Virus record (IMG/VR): IMGVR_UViG_3300050119_000104
Coordinates: 1 to 64,000 of that record
DNA: 64,000 nt
Reading direction: 5' to 3' (one strand)
Origin: a virus
Part shown: positions 19,209 through 30,912 of the stretch, piece by piece
Layout of the letters: every line of letters begins with the position of its first letter
Position numbering within the stretch: the first letter of the stretch is position 1
Notes under the pieces: model-generated
What the model was told of the DNA's origin: nothing
The model's database searches: none
What the model saw: the letters and a program-made list of their open reading frames with translations, nothing else
Made by a program: the position numbers and the translations under genes

Positions 19209-19237
19209 CATCTGTCATCTGAAAGGGAAGAACCCCC

Positions 19238-19641
19238 ATGCTCATTGAATGGTGGAGGGGCGGCAAGCCACAAGGTCAGTGGTTGTCGGTTCAAGACATG
19301 ATTGCGGATATCGGACCGGGGAAGTTCGAGCTATTGCCCGGCGACAAAATACTTTTCCTAGAGTCATACACATTCGCCAAATTCCGCGCTGAGGTAAATG
19401 CCGCGCGGACGCCGAAGCCCACGCTGCGGCTAGTAACCAAAGAAAGACAGGAACCTTGACAGGGATGATAGAGCCGTTCTACCTGATCCCCATGAACGAC
19501 ACCATACTCGATCTGCCAGCCTTCCTGCCAAGCCGTCGCGCCGCCGGGACTCGCGTCATGCTACGTTCGAACAACAAGCGATATCGAGGCGGCCCGGCCA
19601 TCATCGTTCGAGCCGAAGGTACTGCGCATGACTCAAGATAA
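19238..19641 (+). CDS. Two coupled small hypothetical ORFs (19238..19459, 19456..19641) ending at an orphan TIR
   Basis: Overlapping stop/start; followed by a TIR of the type at the TnpB element end. Confidence 0.4.
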
Positions 19642-19672
19642 AGGGCCTGTGGGTGTCAACCGGATAAGTACG
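19626..19672 (+). mobile_element. Orphan right end of an IS1595-TIR element
   Basis: GCATGACTCAAGATAAAGGGCCTGTGGGTGTCAACCGGATAAGTACG closely resembles 16800-16846. Confidence 0.75.
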
Positions 19673-19860
19673 AGCGAGCAAACATACCGCGTCTCAGGTG
19701 GCTCAGATGTGTTCTACGTCGTGACTGGCGAAGGCAAACGAGAAATCACCGTCACGAAATGGACCCGTAGCCGAGCGAAAGCGGAAGATTGGTGCGTCAC
19801 GCTAAATCGCACCGCGCAAATCGAAAGTGATCGCAAACGGCAGACCAAAGGATAAGGTCG

Positions 19861-20058
19861 ATGGTAGATTATAAGCGCAGACTTGAACGAAATGCTAAGT
19901 ATGAACGCGAGGAAGCAGAGCAGCGGCGCGAGGAAGCACGCGAGGAAGCACGCAAAGAAGCGCTCTCGATGTGGGAACGTATCGAGGAAGCTGACGCGAG
20001 CGCTGATGTGAAAGATATTCTGCATCGCATTGCATGTCAGACTGGATTGGAAACATGA
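19861..20058 (+). CDS. Hypothetical protein
   Basis: 65-aa ORF with AAGG RBS. Confidence 0.45.
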   Translation: MVDYKRRLERNAKYEREEAEQRREEAREEARKEALSMWERIEEADASADVKDILHRIACQTGLET

Positions 20059-20167
20059 TCGACCGAATTTTCAATTTCCTTGAGCAGCACCCTGGTACAA
20101 TCGCCATCGTTCTCTACAGCGTGATACTTGTGAATGGGCTCGTTGCGCTCTTGCATGCGGCTATGCA

Positions 20168-20601
20168 ATGAGTCGCAAGAGCAATAGCACGCCGGTTTAT
20201 CTGTTCGATATCGATGGCCCGCTCGCAAACCTATCGCATCGACTGCATTTCATTCAGGGCGAGCACGATGATTGGAATGCGTTCTATGACGCTTGCCCAG
20301 CGGACAAGCCGCACCGCCATATGTGTGATCTCGTACTTCGGGGCGTTCGGCGCGCGTGCGCTACCAGACGATCCGCTGGCTATATGAAAATATCGGTTGT
20401 ACCCTGAGCGCTGCCTGCCGCCTTTACATGCGAGCGGAAATGGATCATCGACCGGATCATGTTGTCAAGTTCGAATTGCTCAAGCAAATAGTTTGGGATG
20501 GCTACGCGCCGATCATGGCTTTTGATAATAGAGATCAAGTCGTCAAGATGTGGCGCGGGATCGGCATCCCCTGCGCTCAAGTTGCCGAAGGAAGTTTTTG
20601 A
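20168..20601 (+). pseudogene. Frameshifted HAD-family polynucleotide 3'-phosphatase (PNK-like)
   Basis: LFDIDG..A...HRLHFI..DWNAFY in one frame; K..LLK...FDNR.QVVKMWR.IGIPC.QVA in another; middle apparently shortened. Confidence 0.7.
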
Positions 20602-20786
20602 TGAAGTACCAAATCAAGATCGTTCCCAATGCCACGCCAAACGCTGACGGCCGATGGATCGACGTTCCGAGAGCACCACCAAAGACGTGCAGTTGGATCG
20701 AAATGGTACAGTCGTATGCGGACTGCATTCCCGCCGGGCATCACATGGTAGCCACTCAGTCGAGCACGGACTGCTTTTTCGATTGA
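20600..20786 (+). CDS. Hypothetical protein
   Basis: TGATG coupling to upstream ORF. Confidence 0.4.
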
Positions 20787-21104
20787 AAAGGATTGAGCGA
20801 TGGCGGAGAAATACAACATGGAAACGAAGCCGCTCCAATGCCGGGTTGATCCTGAAACGCAAGCGCAGGTCGTCGCTACGCGAAAAAGTTCGGCCTGACC
20901 ATCGCGGCAGCGTTACGCGAGCTAATAGAATTCGGACTCATGGATGTAGCTCACCACTTGTAGGCATAAAAAATAATGGCTAACGTCAAGAAGGGGCAAA
21001 CAGTGCGATTCGCCGCAGTGGAGGAAACACTTGAAAGAATGGAAGCGCGTCTTTTGGAAGAAACAACGGAAAGCGTTTCGGCGTGATATCAAAAGGAAAA
21101 TAAA

Positions 21105-21353
21105 ATGTGGATGATCATCGTGACATGGCTCGCGGTAACTGGCGCACCAATCGAGCAGGTTCATTATTTCGCAGTGCCACAGTTCGAAAACGAAGCGGCA
21201 TGCAAGGCAGAGCTTGCGAGTGAGAATTTCAAACCGGCAATGGCGGATTTGCAAAAGCAGGTGGATAAAGCCGTCGGCAAAAACCCCACACTCGCGGGTG
21301 GCTCTATCAAGGCGGCGTGTGTGCCGTCCGATACCAAGCCGCTACATCCATGA
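21105..21353 (+). CDS. Small exported protein
   Basis: Hydrophobic N-terminus MWMIIVTWLAVTG; AAGGA RBS; similar in style to 57992..58261. Confidence 0.55.
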   Translation: MWMIIVTWLAVTGAPIEQVHYFAVPQFENEAACKAELASENFKPAMADLQKQVDKAVGKNPTLAGGSIKAACVPSDTKPLHP

Positions 21354-21505
21354 AACGCGATCTACCGAATGATGTGATCCTTCCAGCTATCGGCGCTATC
21401 ATATTGTTCGTGGCGTGGCGGTACGGTTGGCTAAGTTGGGAAATCATCAAGGTCATTATTGGCTTGAGTTGATCCACATGAAATCTACTAGGGTAGAGGT
21501 TAAAA

Positions 21506-24500
21506 ATGAAAGGTGATGGTGATTTGAGGATGCTAGGAGTGCGAGACGGCTTGGCGTCTGCGCTTGTGCATTTACGCTGTCAAACGATGGCGTCGCTCAA
21601 GCAAGAGCGCCAGCGTCTTGATCCACGGCATGTTCGGAAGATTGCCGAGAATGAGCGTCGCCTGGGGCCTTTGCTGAAACTTGACCGCTGGCTAGAAATC
21701 CAAGTCGGTGAAGTGGATAAAGCCTACAAAAAGACCCGCGAAATTGGATGCGAAGGCGAAGGATCGAGCCAACCCTATGAAATGGGTCATATTTAGCTGG
21801 TCAAAGTCCAGCCGCATCCTCCATTTTGTATCTGTTAACCACTGCCCGGGGTTTCGGTTGAAAGTCTCGCCGGGCATGCTACGTTCTGAGCAACAGAAAA
21901 GGACTACCAAATGAAGAACCCAGGAAATGATTTCCATCGCCGCGACGCTGATGCGCGTTGGGCGAACGAACTTATCCGTGGCGAGGCACAGGCTAAGCTC
22001 AATGCCCGTGAATGGTTGCGGCGTTCAGACGAGACCAACGATGTTGGGCTGGCTTGTCGCCTCATCGATCAGGCGCAGTTGGAACTGCGACCCTACGGAC
22101 ACTGAATTTACGCATAGCGGCAGTGTGGACGGGAAGTTCCTGCTCTGCCGAATTTTTAAACGATCAGTGGGTGTACCGGGACGCGTCGGTCCCGCTGGGT
22201 CTCGCAAAGTACCGCATCGAGCGATGCTTCGCGAGACCAAACCAGGAGAATGAAAATGACCTCGTTTACTGGGTACAGCAAGCTTCATGACGTACCGACA
22301 CAATCTGTCAGTGTTCACGAAGCTGCCGCCCGCGCCGCTCGCGACGTACTCGCGCACGGTCTACAGACTTCCATGGTCACCATGGGGTCACGTCTTGACT
22401 AACTTTGAAGCTGCCTACTTTTACCGCCGAGATATCGCGCAAGCAATTGCGCGGTACTCGGCGTCCTTGCGCACAATCTTCAAGGCGCATGGAAGCCCTA
22501 TCCCGCCCTCACCGGACTGCGCCTGCGCTATGGGCAACGCTTGGGCCCTATGCCGTGTGGACTTCTACAAAGCCGACCAGCGACTCGCGCTGGCCCGCCT
22601 GGACGAGTTTACAACGCGCAACGATGCGTAGCGCGAGCGCGAGCGCGCGGCCCGATCTGGCGTTAACCCCCTGCTAACCACTCCAACAAGTCTCGCTTGA
22701 ACGCGCCAGGGGGCATGCTACATTCAAATCACGGGAACGGAGCCACTCGCCAAAACGGCCGGGCAAACCTTCCGGGTCTCGCGGATGCAAGGGAAGCGTT
22801 TCATCGACACAACTTACCCATGTACCGCGAAAAAATAAAGTCCGGCGGAGTGCGATTGAGTGAATACGTCGCGCCGCCGGACTAACTGAAGGAACGTTAT
22901 TTGACAACGCCACTCGACAAAGCCGCTGCGGGCTGGATGCCCTGAATATCGCGGTCTATACGGTAATCCAAAATTATCGTGCCGATGCGGCGCTCTCAAA
23001 TAACGGAGTTGAAAACGACCCGATTTCTAATCGGGGAGAGTTGAAGCTGACTGGTCCGTTCGTGAGATGCAAGCATAACGGCGGGCAGAGGTTGGCGGCA
23101 AGACAGCCGGGGTGATCACCCGAAATTAAGTAAACGGGTCTGACAAGCTCCCCACGATTAGAGATCGAAGCAAGGAGTTGAAAATGGCTGACCGTAAGTG
23201 GACCAACTACAGTGCCGTTGCCGCGTGCGAAGGCTTCGACGGCCAGGATCACGATGAGGAAACGATTTTCAGTGCATGGCAATACCTCATCGACACCGAC
23301 CTCGTTTGCTCGCTTCAAGGATGGTTCGGGCGGCAGGCGCAGGCTCTCATCGACGCCGGGCATTGTTCGCCCCCAACAGGAGACTGCTAAAATGATACCG
23401 CGTCCTCTTTCTCAGATCGCCGCCGACATACGCAAGGACTGGCGTCGCCCGAATTATGCGGCGGTGCCCTACCTCGATGCCATGGCGTCGCTCAACGATA
23501 TTGGCGACAACTATTTCGCTGATAGCGCAAAATCCATTGTGCTCTACTTTCTCGGAAACGCGAGCACATGGCGCGGCCCGGTCGCCAAGGCGATCAAAGG
23601 CGAGCTTAAACTTATGGCCGGCTACAAATGACCATGTTCGACCAAGCAAAGTTCGACTCGTTCCTCGTTCGAGCGCAGGCGGTAGTCGATGCCCACTACA
23701 AGGGCTTGCCCGCGCGTCTGGTCCTATCGGCGATGTTCGGTCGGAAATTCATCCGCATCGTAAGCGAGTGGAATAGCCAACGCACGTCTTTTTGTTTCGT
23801 GGATCGTGAGACTGGCGACGTGCTCAAGTGCGATAGCCGGACACATCCGGCGAAGCACGCTCGCGGGAATATTAACGACGAGGCCAACGGTCTCGACGCC
23901 ATCACGCCTTACGGCGCAAAATATCTAAGGTGATGCTATGAAACGCACGCGAAGAACCAAAGCACGCGAGCTTATCGAGCGGCTCAATCGCGGGCCCGCG
24001 TTCAGCCTGCATGCATCCTTCGGTGGACTCACGGCAGCGTACATACCGCCTAAGGCTCGATCATTGATCGAAGCTGAGATGAGCCGCCAATATCGTGGCT
24101 GGATCGAAAGTTGGGTTCAGGACGACGTTCTCGACTTGGTACCCGAGCTTCGGAAAGGAGCAGATGAAATATGACAGCTTTTCATCACGAAATTTCCAAG
24201 TGCAAACGCTGGCGCGCGGGCGATGTGGTTCGAGTTTTTGACGGCGCGTTCAGTGATGCTGTTGTGCTCGGTTTCGACGCCAAGGGCGACGCGCTCGTGC
24301 AACGCGCCTATGCCTACGCGTCGTGTGTCGGTACCACGGGACCGACGGTGCTGCTCGGTTCGGAACGCATCGTGTATCCTTCGCTGGATTGCTTCGAAAA
24401 AGTCGGAGAGGGCCGCGTGTCATGAACCTACAACCGATCTGCCCGTCGATACCGGCGGAGAATGCACAAAAAACGCAATGGCGCTTCGCGTGCCGTGGCT

Positions 24501-24625
24501 GCGGCAAATTGAAAGTCGCTGACTCGTACACGCGAGCGGACATGGATGGTCCGGCGTTCAATGCGTACTACTGCGGCGAGTGCGTTACCGATATGCATCG
24601 CATCGATATCGTTCTGCCGATGTAA
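21506..24625 (+). CDS. Run of small early hypothetical ORFs (21506..21796, 21911..22105, 22287..22631, 22697..22885, 23184..23390, 23392..23631, 23628..23933, 23938..24174, 24171..24425, 24422..24625)
   Basis: Co-oriented, mostly with RBS or overlapping stop/start; 23392..23631 and 23628..23933 (GRKFIRI..FVD..TGDVLK...PAKHARGNI) resemble widespread phage hypotheticals. Confidence 0.55.
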
Positions 24626-25141
24626 AGGAAGGACCAAAAATGAAGCGAAGCATTTACCATGCTCAAAGGTCTCGCTTGCAAGCCTCCCAGGAGGTGCTAT
24701 GTTTTCAGTTGTCAGAACGGCGAGGCACACTTTCAAGCCCTCGGGGGAGACAAGCTCCCAACGGTCTGATAGCCGGTCAAGCGGCTTAAGCGGGTAGATC
24801 AGCGGTCGGGTGCTGATCCGGGAAACGACGGTGTAGTCCTTTCCTTGGGGAGCCCTAGAGGGTCGTTGATCCGCACTTGACGGAATTTACGTCCGGCGAG
24901 CAATGGGCAAAGCCCTCTAAGCTCAGGATCGCCGGGCCACCAATTCAGGAGCAACGACGATGGCGCTACGCAGAAAAGTTCTTCGGCCGATCATCGGCAC
25001 CCTGCGTTCCGCGCGTGCGGAGCAGATCGCCCTTCGCATGCTCACCGACGCGAAGCAGTTTCAAGTTAATCCCAGCCTCGCGACTCGCCTTGTGCGGTTG
25101 CAGGTCAAACAGAGAGGTGCTCAGGCATAGTGAAAAACCTA

Positions 25142-25374
25142 GCGGTCTCGGTGTCCCCTGCCGAGACCGCCATCTGAAAATCGACACGAGAGCTTGTCCC
25201 CTTAAGAACCAAGTAGGCACAAACGCGTGGCATGTCACGCTAGCCGAACGTACTAAGATTGGGAATAGGCACGGGTTCGAGCCCCGTAGGGATCAGCACA
25301 CAAGGTAGCCGCGAGAATGCGGAGCAACTAACACGAGGCGTCTGTGCACGCCTACTCGGTTCGATTTTCAGATG
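25142..25374 (+). ncRNA. Candidate structured RNA with tRNA-like T arm
   Basis: 10-bp hairpin 25142-25170; perfect 14-bp inverted repeat 25171-25184/25361-25374 enclosing ACGGG-TTCGAGC-CCCGT. Confidence 0.4.
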
Positions 25375-25693
25375 GTCAAAGAGCTACCAGCGGCTCGCGG
25401 GAGGCGCGAGCAGGATGGAGCAGGGCATCATCTGAAAACAATGTCCTGACCAGCGGTCGGCGTGTTGGTTAGCTACCTTCGGCTGGCACGGCCGACCGCA
25501 ACTTCCTTTTTTGGAGAACGAAAAGATGATGAGTGACCGATTGCTAGTGCGACTCATTGACGAGATGCACGCCGCGACAGTGTTCATCATGGAGCACGGC
25601 AAGCTTGAGCTTGGCACGCCGCAATCCGCGCGATTGATCAAGACGATCAAGGCCGCCACAGAAATATCCGATGGATAAGCACGGTTTTGTTCG

Positions 25694-26071
25694 ATGATAA
25701 AATGTAAGCACGCTGCCAAGTACAAAGCTACTCTCGCCCCACGCTGTAGCTCTGTTGAAGGTCGGGCCCCATGCGATGTGTGCGCCGCGAAGTGGGCCGC
25801 ACGTACAGCACCAAATCCGAAACGGCTCACCTCCAACTTCGGGCTTCTTGATGTCAAGCTCGGGCGGCAGCAACTCCGCAAAATGATCGAGGATCAAAAG
25901 CTCGGCGTCCCGGTTCAAATCACTGGCACCCTCATCGGAGTTTGGAGCGCCGATGATGGCGCGTCCATGGAATTCGAAATCGAAGTCAGCGGTGTCTCAC
26001 TCGGCAAGGCATCGGCGCGCAAGCTATATTTTTGGGAGCGCATCCCAGCCCGTCGGCTTGAAGAAGTTTAG
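25694..26071 (+). CDS. Hypothetical protein
   Basis: 125-aa ORF. Confidence 0.5.
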   Translation: MIKCKHAAKYKATLAPRCSSVEGRAPCDVCAAKWAARTAPNPKRLTSNFGLLDVKLGRQQLRKMIEDQKLGVPVQITGTLIGVWSADDGASMEFEIEVSGVSLGKASARKLYFWERIPARRLEEV

Positions 26072-26073
26072 CG

Positions 26074-26329
26074 CGTGCTTATCCGGTTGACGCCCAATGG
26101 GCGACACGAACCCGGCTCTCCTCTACAGGACGCAGAGCACTCTGCGCGATCCACCGAAATGGACCTTATTCATCGCCGTTCTACCTCTCGGATTACCTTT
26201 CGGCGCGAACGGACGACGGAAACATCATGGTCTTTAGCTACCCCCAATCAATCGGAGGCGATTGTCGGAACGGAGAAAAGCAAAATTCCAGGTGGCTGTC
26301 AAGCATTGGGCGTCAACCGGATAAGCATG
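26074..26329 (-). mobile_element. IS1595-type MITE (copy J, 256 bp, inverted relative to local genes)
   Basis: Both TIRs; no TSD; its CATG end could supply the ATG (26327) of the ORF running to 26530. Confidence 0.92.
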
Positions 26330-26526
26330 CTTTGGACAATCAATTACAATCGGATCGCGACCTTGCATCGGTCGGATGGCGTCAGTCTTGAGACTGTGGC
26401 GGATATTGCACACGTGATCGCCGAGTCAAAGGCTATGGCGCTCGCCGCGTTTGGAGTGCGCTACCCCGACGCGTTGGAGGTTTCAATTCGCCGGTTGCTT
26501 CTTGTAGATATCATCGTTAGGATCGC

Positions 26527-27406
26527 GTGATGACAACTCGGAAGGGGGCCATGCGCGAATTTTCTTTTGACGACGCGAACAGCTACATGGCATGCGATGC
26601 CAGGAAGGGCAAATTCCCCGCTGTCTGGAACATTGATGATTTGCGTCAGGCGATGACGGCGCACGCCTATCAATTCGATCTCGTTCGGACTCTCGCCGTT
26701 CTTAAAGAAATTACCGGACTTAGCGCTGGTCAGGGTGTTGTCTTGAGCATGCCCCGGCGATACTATGGCCTACTGATCGCGCGCTACTGCGCCGAGATAG
26801 TGGGAGATCGACCATACTTGAAAAAGGTGAATGCATGAACGAGTCCCCTGTACGCTTGCCGATCTCGCGTTTCATTACCGGCGGAGGCACTCTCAAAGTC
26901 AAACGCGCGGGCGGCACCGGCACGAGCAATAGCGGCGGCAGCGGCCGTTCGAAACGTGTCTATACGCCCGGTCGTGCGACGCGCAACCCCAAGAATGGGA
27001 GACATCTACCGTGGCCAGCGCGGGGCAAACCAATTTGGGACCCCAACAACGACCCCTTCATTGCTGCATATAGAGCGGCACATGCTCAGGATGGGGCAAC
27101 CCGGAGAGCAGCATGAAGTGGAAGTCTAAAAATCTCGATGAACTTCTCCGTGAAGTCGCTGCTGCTGGTGAATTAAATTACTTGTCGTTGACGCCAGTAG
27201 CACACAAGGGAGGCATCGGCTTCTCAGCTACGTATGCTCCCGCGACCAACTGTACGCACGGCTATGCGACGAGCGCTGACCCAACTGAGGCTGCTGTAAA
27301 CGCGATCAAGGATTGGACAGGTCCCGTTCGCGTCGAGCAGTACGCTAAAACGGAGCCGATCCGGCCGCCGAAGAAACCCAAGACGAAAGAACCGTGGGAC
27401 TTGTGA
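26527..27406 (+). CDS. Three coupled hypothetical ORFs (26527..26838, 26835..27116, 27113..27406)
   Basis: ATGA overlaps. Confidence 0.55.
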
Positions 27407-27777
27407 TGGACCAGTACACCGTCCAACTTCTAATGACTGTCTTTTTCTTTTGCATCTTCGCGGGCGTCTGAATAATAGACGGAGAAAAAAGAACCCTGAT
27501 TACGAGCGCCTGCGCTATTTAAAGAACAAATCCAAAAACCCAAAATATCTTCGTCAACAATATCTCGCCAAGCTGAAAAGGTGGAACAAACACAACCGCT
27601 ACTGAATTTATTTTCGATATTGATATGTCTGAGGAATTTTCAACTAAAATTTGAAGATCAAAGACTTAGCTTGTTTGATCGGAGATTTGACGTGTACCCT
27701 ACAACCCACCGTCGTGCTATACTTTGTTCACGGTCAAATACAGATCGGGCTGTTTGAAAAGTGAATAGGAGAAATAG

Positions 27778-28350
27778 ATGACGCGCGTGTACGATGCTAT
27801 CGTAGACGTGGGCCACAAAGCGTACTGCGGTCCACTTGCGATATCCAGGCTGACGGGTGTTCCGATCAGCCACATCGAAAAGATGATCCGCAAGTTGCGT
27901 TCCGATTGGGGCAAAGGTAGGAAGCAACCAATCAAAGGAACGTACACTTGGGAAGTGGTCAAAGTTCTTGAGCGCCTTGGCTGCAAGGTGACGAAGCTCA
28001 CGATGGTAGAAAACACCATCGGACGTTTCGTCGAGGACATGAAGCACCTCGATCATGTTTTCTTGGTTGAAGTTACGGGTCACTTTGTAGTTGTTCACAA
28101 GGACACCCTCAGCGACTCGTTCCTGAGACCTAATCGGCAAGTGCAAAAAGTGTGGCGGGTTGAAGCTCCCGCCGAGCCCCGATACAAAGCGCCGACGCCA
28201 AAACCACCCAAGCCTAAGCCCGACATCAAGCAAGTTCGGCGCGAACGAGTTGTGCAACGGCTCGCGGCTTGGCAGTCGAAACTAAAACGAGCGGAGAGTG
28301 CGATCCGTAAACTCAATCGACAGGTTCGGTACTACAGCCGGGCCGCTTAA
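27778..28350 (+). CDS. Hypothetical protein with possible papain-like (C39) Cys-His pair
   Basis: YCGPLAISRLTG ... GHFVVV; basic C-terminus. Confidence 0.55.
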   Translation: MTRVYDAIVDVGHKAYCGPLAISRLTGVPISHIEKMIRKLRSDWGKGRKQPIKGTYTWEVVKVLERLGCKVTKLTMVENTIGRFVEDMKHLDHVFLVEVTGHFVVVHKDTLSDSFLRPNRQVQKVWRVEAPAEPRYKAPTPKPPKPKPDIKQVRRERVVQRLAAWQSKLKRAESAIRKLNRQVRYYSRAA

Positions 28351-28411
28351 CGAAAACGTAACCCGTCACGGTCTATAGACTGTGACGGGCAGTATTGAAC
28401 AGGAGAACAAC

Positions 28412-30542
28412 ATGACCGATCTAACAATCCCCGACGATCTCTCGATCCCGAAATTCCTGGACTTGAAAATTCCAGCGAACCACACGGCTTGGAAAGAGGG
28501 TCACAAAATTTGGACGCCCCGGAAGGTCAAGGCCGAAGCCAAGGCAAAGATCAATCGTGATAGTGAAGGCCGCTCGTTGCCGAAGAACATGGATGAAACT
28601 TCCTGGGCATTCTTGCGCGCCCAAGAAAAGGAAACCAAAGCTGAGGTTGAAGCGGATAAAGCTGAGCGCTTCCGATTTTTGGAAGCTTTGCGCCAAGAAA
28701 AGGCTCGGGTCAAGGCAGCGGCGAAGGCGGTTAAGCATGCCATATGATGGCGCTGGACAATACCGATATTGAAAGGCTAGGAAGAGACCATGACGATGAA
28801 ATGTGTTCAGATTGTCGGGGCAACATGTCCTGATCCGAGTCAGTGACGGGGACGCACATGAGCAGTAACCTTATAGACTGCGATCTCTATCCTTGGTGCG
28901 ATAGCCAGGGTTGCGTAGGTCATCCTGAGACTTGCCACCGCGCAGCAGATTTGCGTGCCGGTATTGACAAGCGTAATCCATTCTCAAAGGGGTCACGCAC
29001 TTTCGGACACCTAGGTACCAAGCAGGAATTGCTTCGGCGCTTGCAGGAGCTACAGCGGGGATATCAGGAAGCAGCCGCGCCAATCATCCAACAACTCGCG
29101 GATATCGTGGCGCTCGAACCGCCACCGCCGACTATTCCGCGCGATCAGATATCGCCGGAAATTCTGAAAATTATAAAAAGGCAAGAAAATGACCAAACTT
29201 GAAAAGGCCCTCTATCACACACGAGTCGCGCTCACGATTGCATTTGCTCTCGGACTCGTTGCAATCCCTTGTGCACAAGCCGAGGTGCTCGCGCTGCCGC
29301 AAACCGACAACGGTTACAGCTACTGCCAGGGCGGTCTCTGTGTGTGGGGTTCGGGCGCGCTGCCGACTCCCGGCGTGCATCAAGTGCCCCAGCCCTCGTC
29401 CGAAGATCGAGAAGCTGCCGCGAAACACGAGCATGAGTGGGCGGAGCGGTGCAAGCCGACAATCGGCTATGACGCCTATGGTGTCGCGCGCTACACTTAT
29501 GCCAAAACCGGTTGCGAATTCGGTAATGGCCGATGAAGTTTTATCTCGCGCTCGTGTCACTTCGGTTCAATCAATTCGCGTGGCGGCTGTGGATGTTAAG
29601 CGAACGATGGAACCAAGAATGCATCGACCGATGGCTGTTCAATAATAGATAGGTTCATGCTTATCCGGTTGACGCCCAATGCTTGACAGCCACCTGGAAT
29701 TTTGCTTTTCTCCGTTCCGACAATCGCCTCCGATTGATTGGGGGTATCTAAAGACCATGTTTCCGTCGTCTGTTCGCGCCGAAAGGTAGAACGGCGATGA
29801 ATAAGGTCCATTTCGGTGGATCGCGCAGAGTGCTCTGCGTCCTGTAGAGGGAGAGCCGGGTTCGTGTCGTCCATTGGGCGTCAACCGGATAAGCACGGGT
29901 TATAATCCGGCCCAAAGTTTATAATACCGGATTGCGGTTCGCGAGCGTTCGTGCGAAAGTCTCGGTCGAAACACAGGAGGCAATCACATGGCGACTGTTC
30001 GAAAACTTTTGAAGCGCGTGAAAAAGACGATCAGACAAGCGCAAATGGCAACGGCCGATGCGAGATTTGCTACGCAGGAAATTCACGATCTCATCGATGC
30101 GATGAATGCTACGCCCCCTCTTACAGACCCGGAGTCGGAAAGCCCGGCGACTCCGGCGGAAGATGAGACACAAAGCCCGGCGGCGTATTCGGGCGGCTGC
30201 TGAGAGAGTGGTTTACGAAGATACGCTCGATAATCCGTTCTCGACGTAACTGCAAAAAAGGAAGTCCCCAAAATGAGCAACACATCTGGAAGATGCTTTC
30301 GAGCTTTCCGCCGAACAAAGAAACGGCTGAATAGTCAGGGCCGTCCTTGGGCGCGACCGATCAGAACCAAAATCCCGCTCTCCCTCCGAATGTTCATGCT
30401 CCCTGGTCATGGACAAGCGAGTCAGAAATCAGTCACGCGTGACGTGCTGGCTGGTATCGTTCAGCGATATACGGCGGCGTGGATGGCTTACGTCAAGAAA
30501 ATGCAGGCTGAGAAAGCTGCCGCTGCGAAAGCCGCCAACTAA
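28412..30542 (+). CDS. Small hypothetical ORFs (28412..28747, 28858..29202, 29189..29536 exported, 29988..30203, 30273..30542)
   Basis: GGAG/AGGA RBS before most starts. Confidence 0.5.
29656..29897 (+). mobile_element. IS1595-type MITE (copy K, 242 bp)
   Basis: Both TIRs; no TSD; same variant as copy L. Confidence 0.92.
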
Positions 30543-30622
30543 ATTTACCGGGTTGCGCCGCTTTCCGGTCTGCGCTAAACCATGGCTGGTCCCCCTTCCT
30601 GAATTTTTCAGGAGAAATCGCC

Positions 30623-30847
30623 ATGGCTACACTTACCACGAAAGCCCGCAAGGCAATCCCCGCAAGCAAATTTGCTTTGTCCGATGGACGCTTTCCGGTG
30701 GAGAACAAAGCTCACGCGGTCGCTGCCAAGCGCCTCGTCGGGCGATCCTTATCGAAGGGCAACATCACGCCACCGGAAGCCGCCAAGGTTCGGCACCGCG
30801 CCGACGTTGTGCTCGGTGAGAACGACTCGAATTACCACAACAAGTAA
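30623..30847 (+). CDS. Small basic protein (DUF6582-like)
   Basis: RKAIPASKFAL..GRFPVENKAHAVAAK; AGGAG RBS; promoter motif at 30544. Confidence 0.6.
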   Translation: MATLTTKARKAIPASKFALSDGRFPVENKAHAVAAKRLVGRSLSKGNITPPEAAKVRHRADVVLGENDSNYHNK

Positions 30848-30912
30848 CGCCCCTTTAACCTCATAACTATCGCGTACTTTGTAGGACACGAAAGTTGTGA
30901 TAGGAGATGGTC

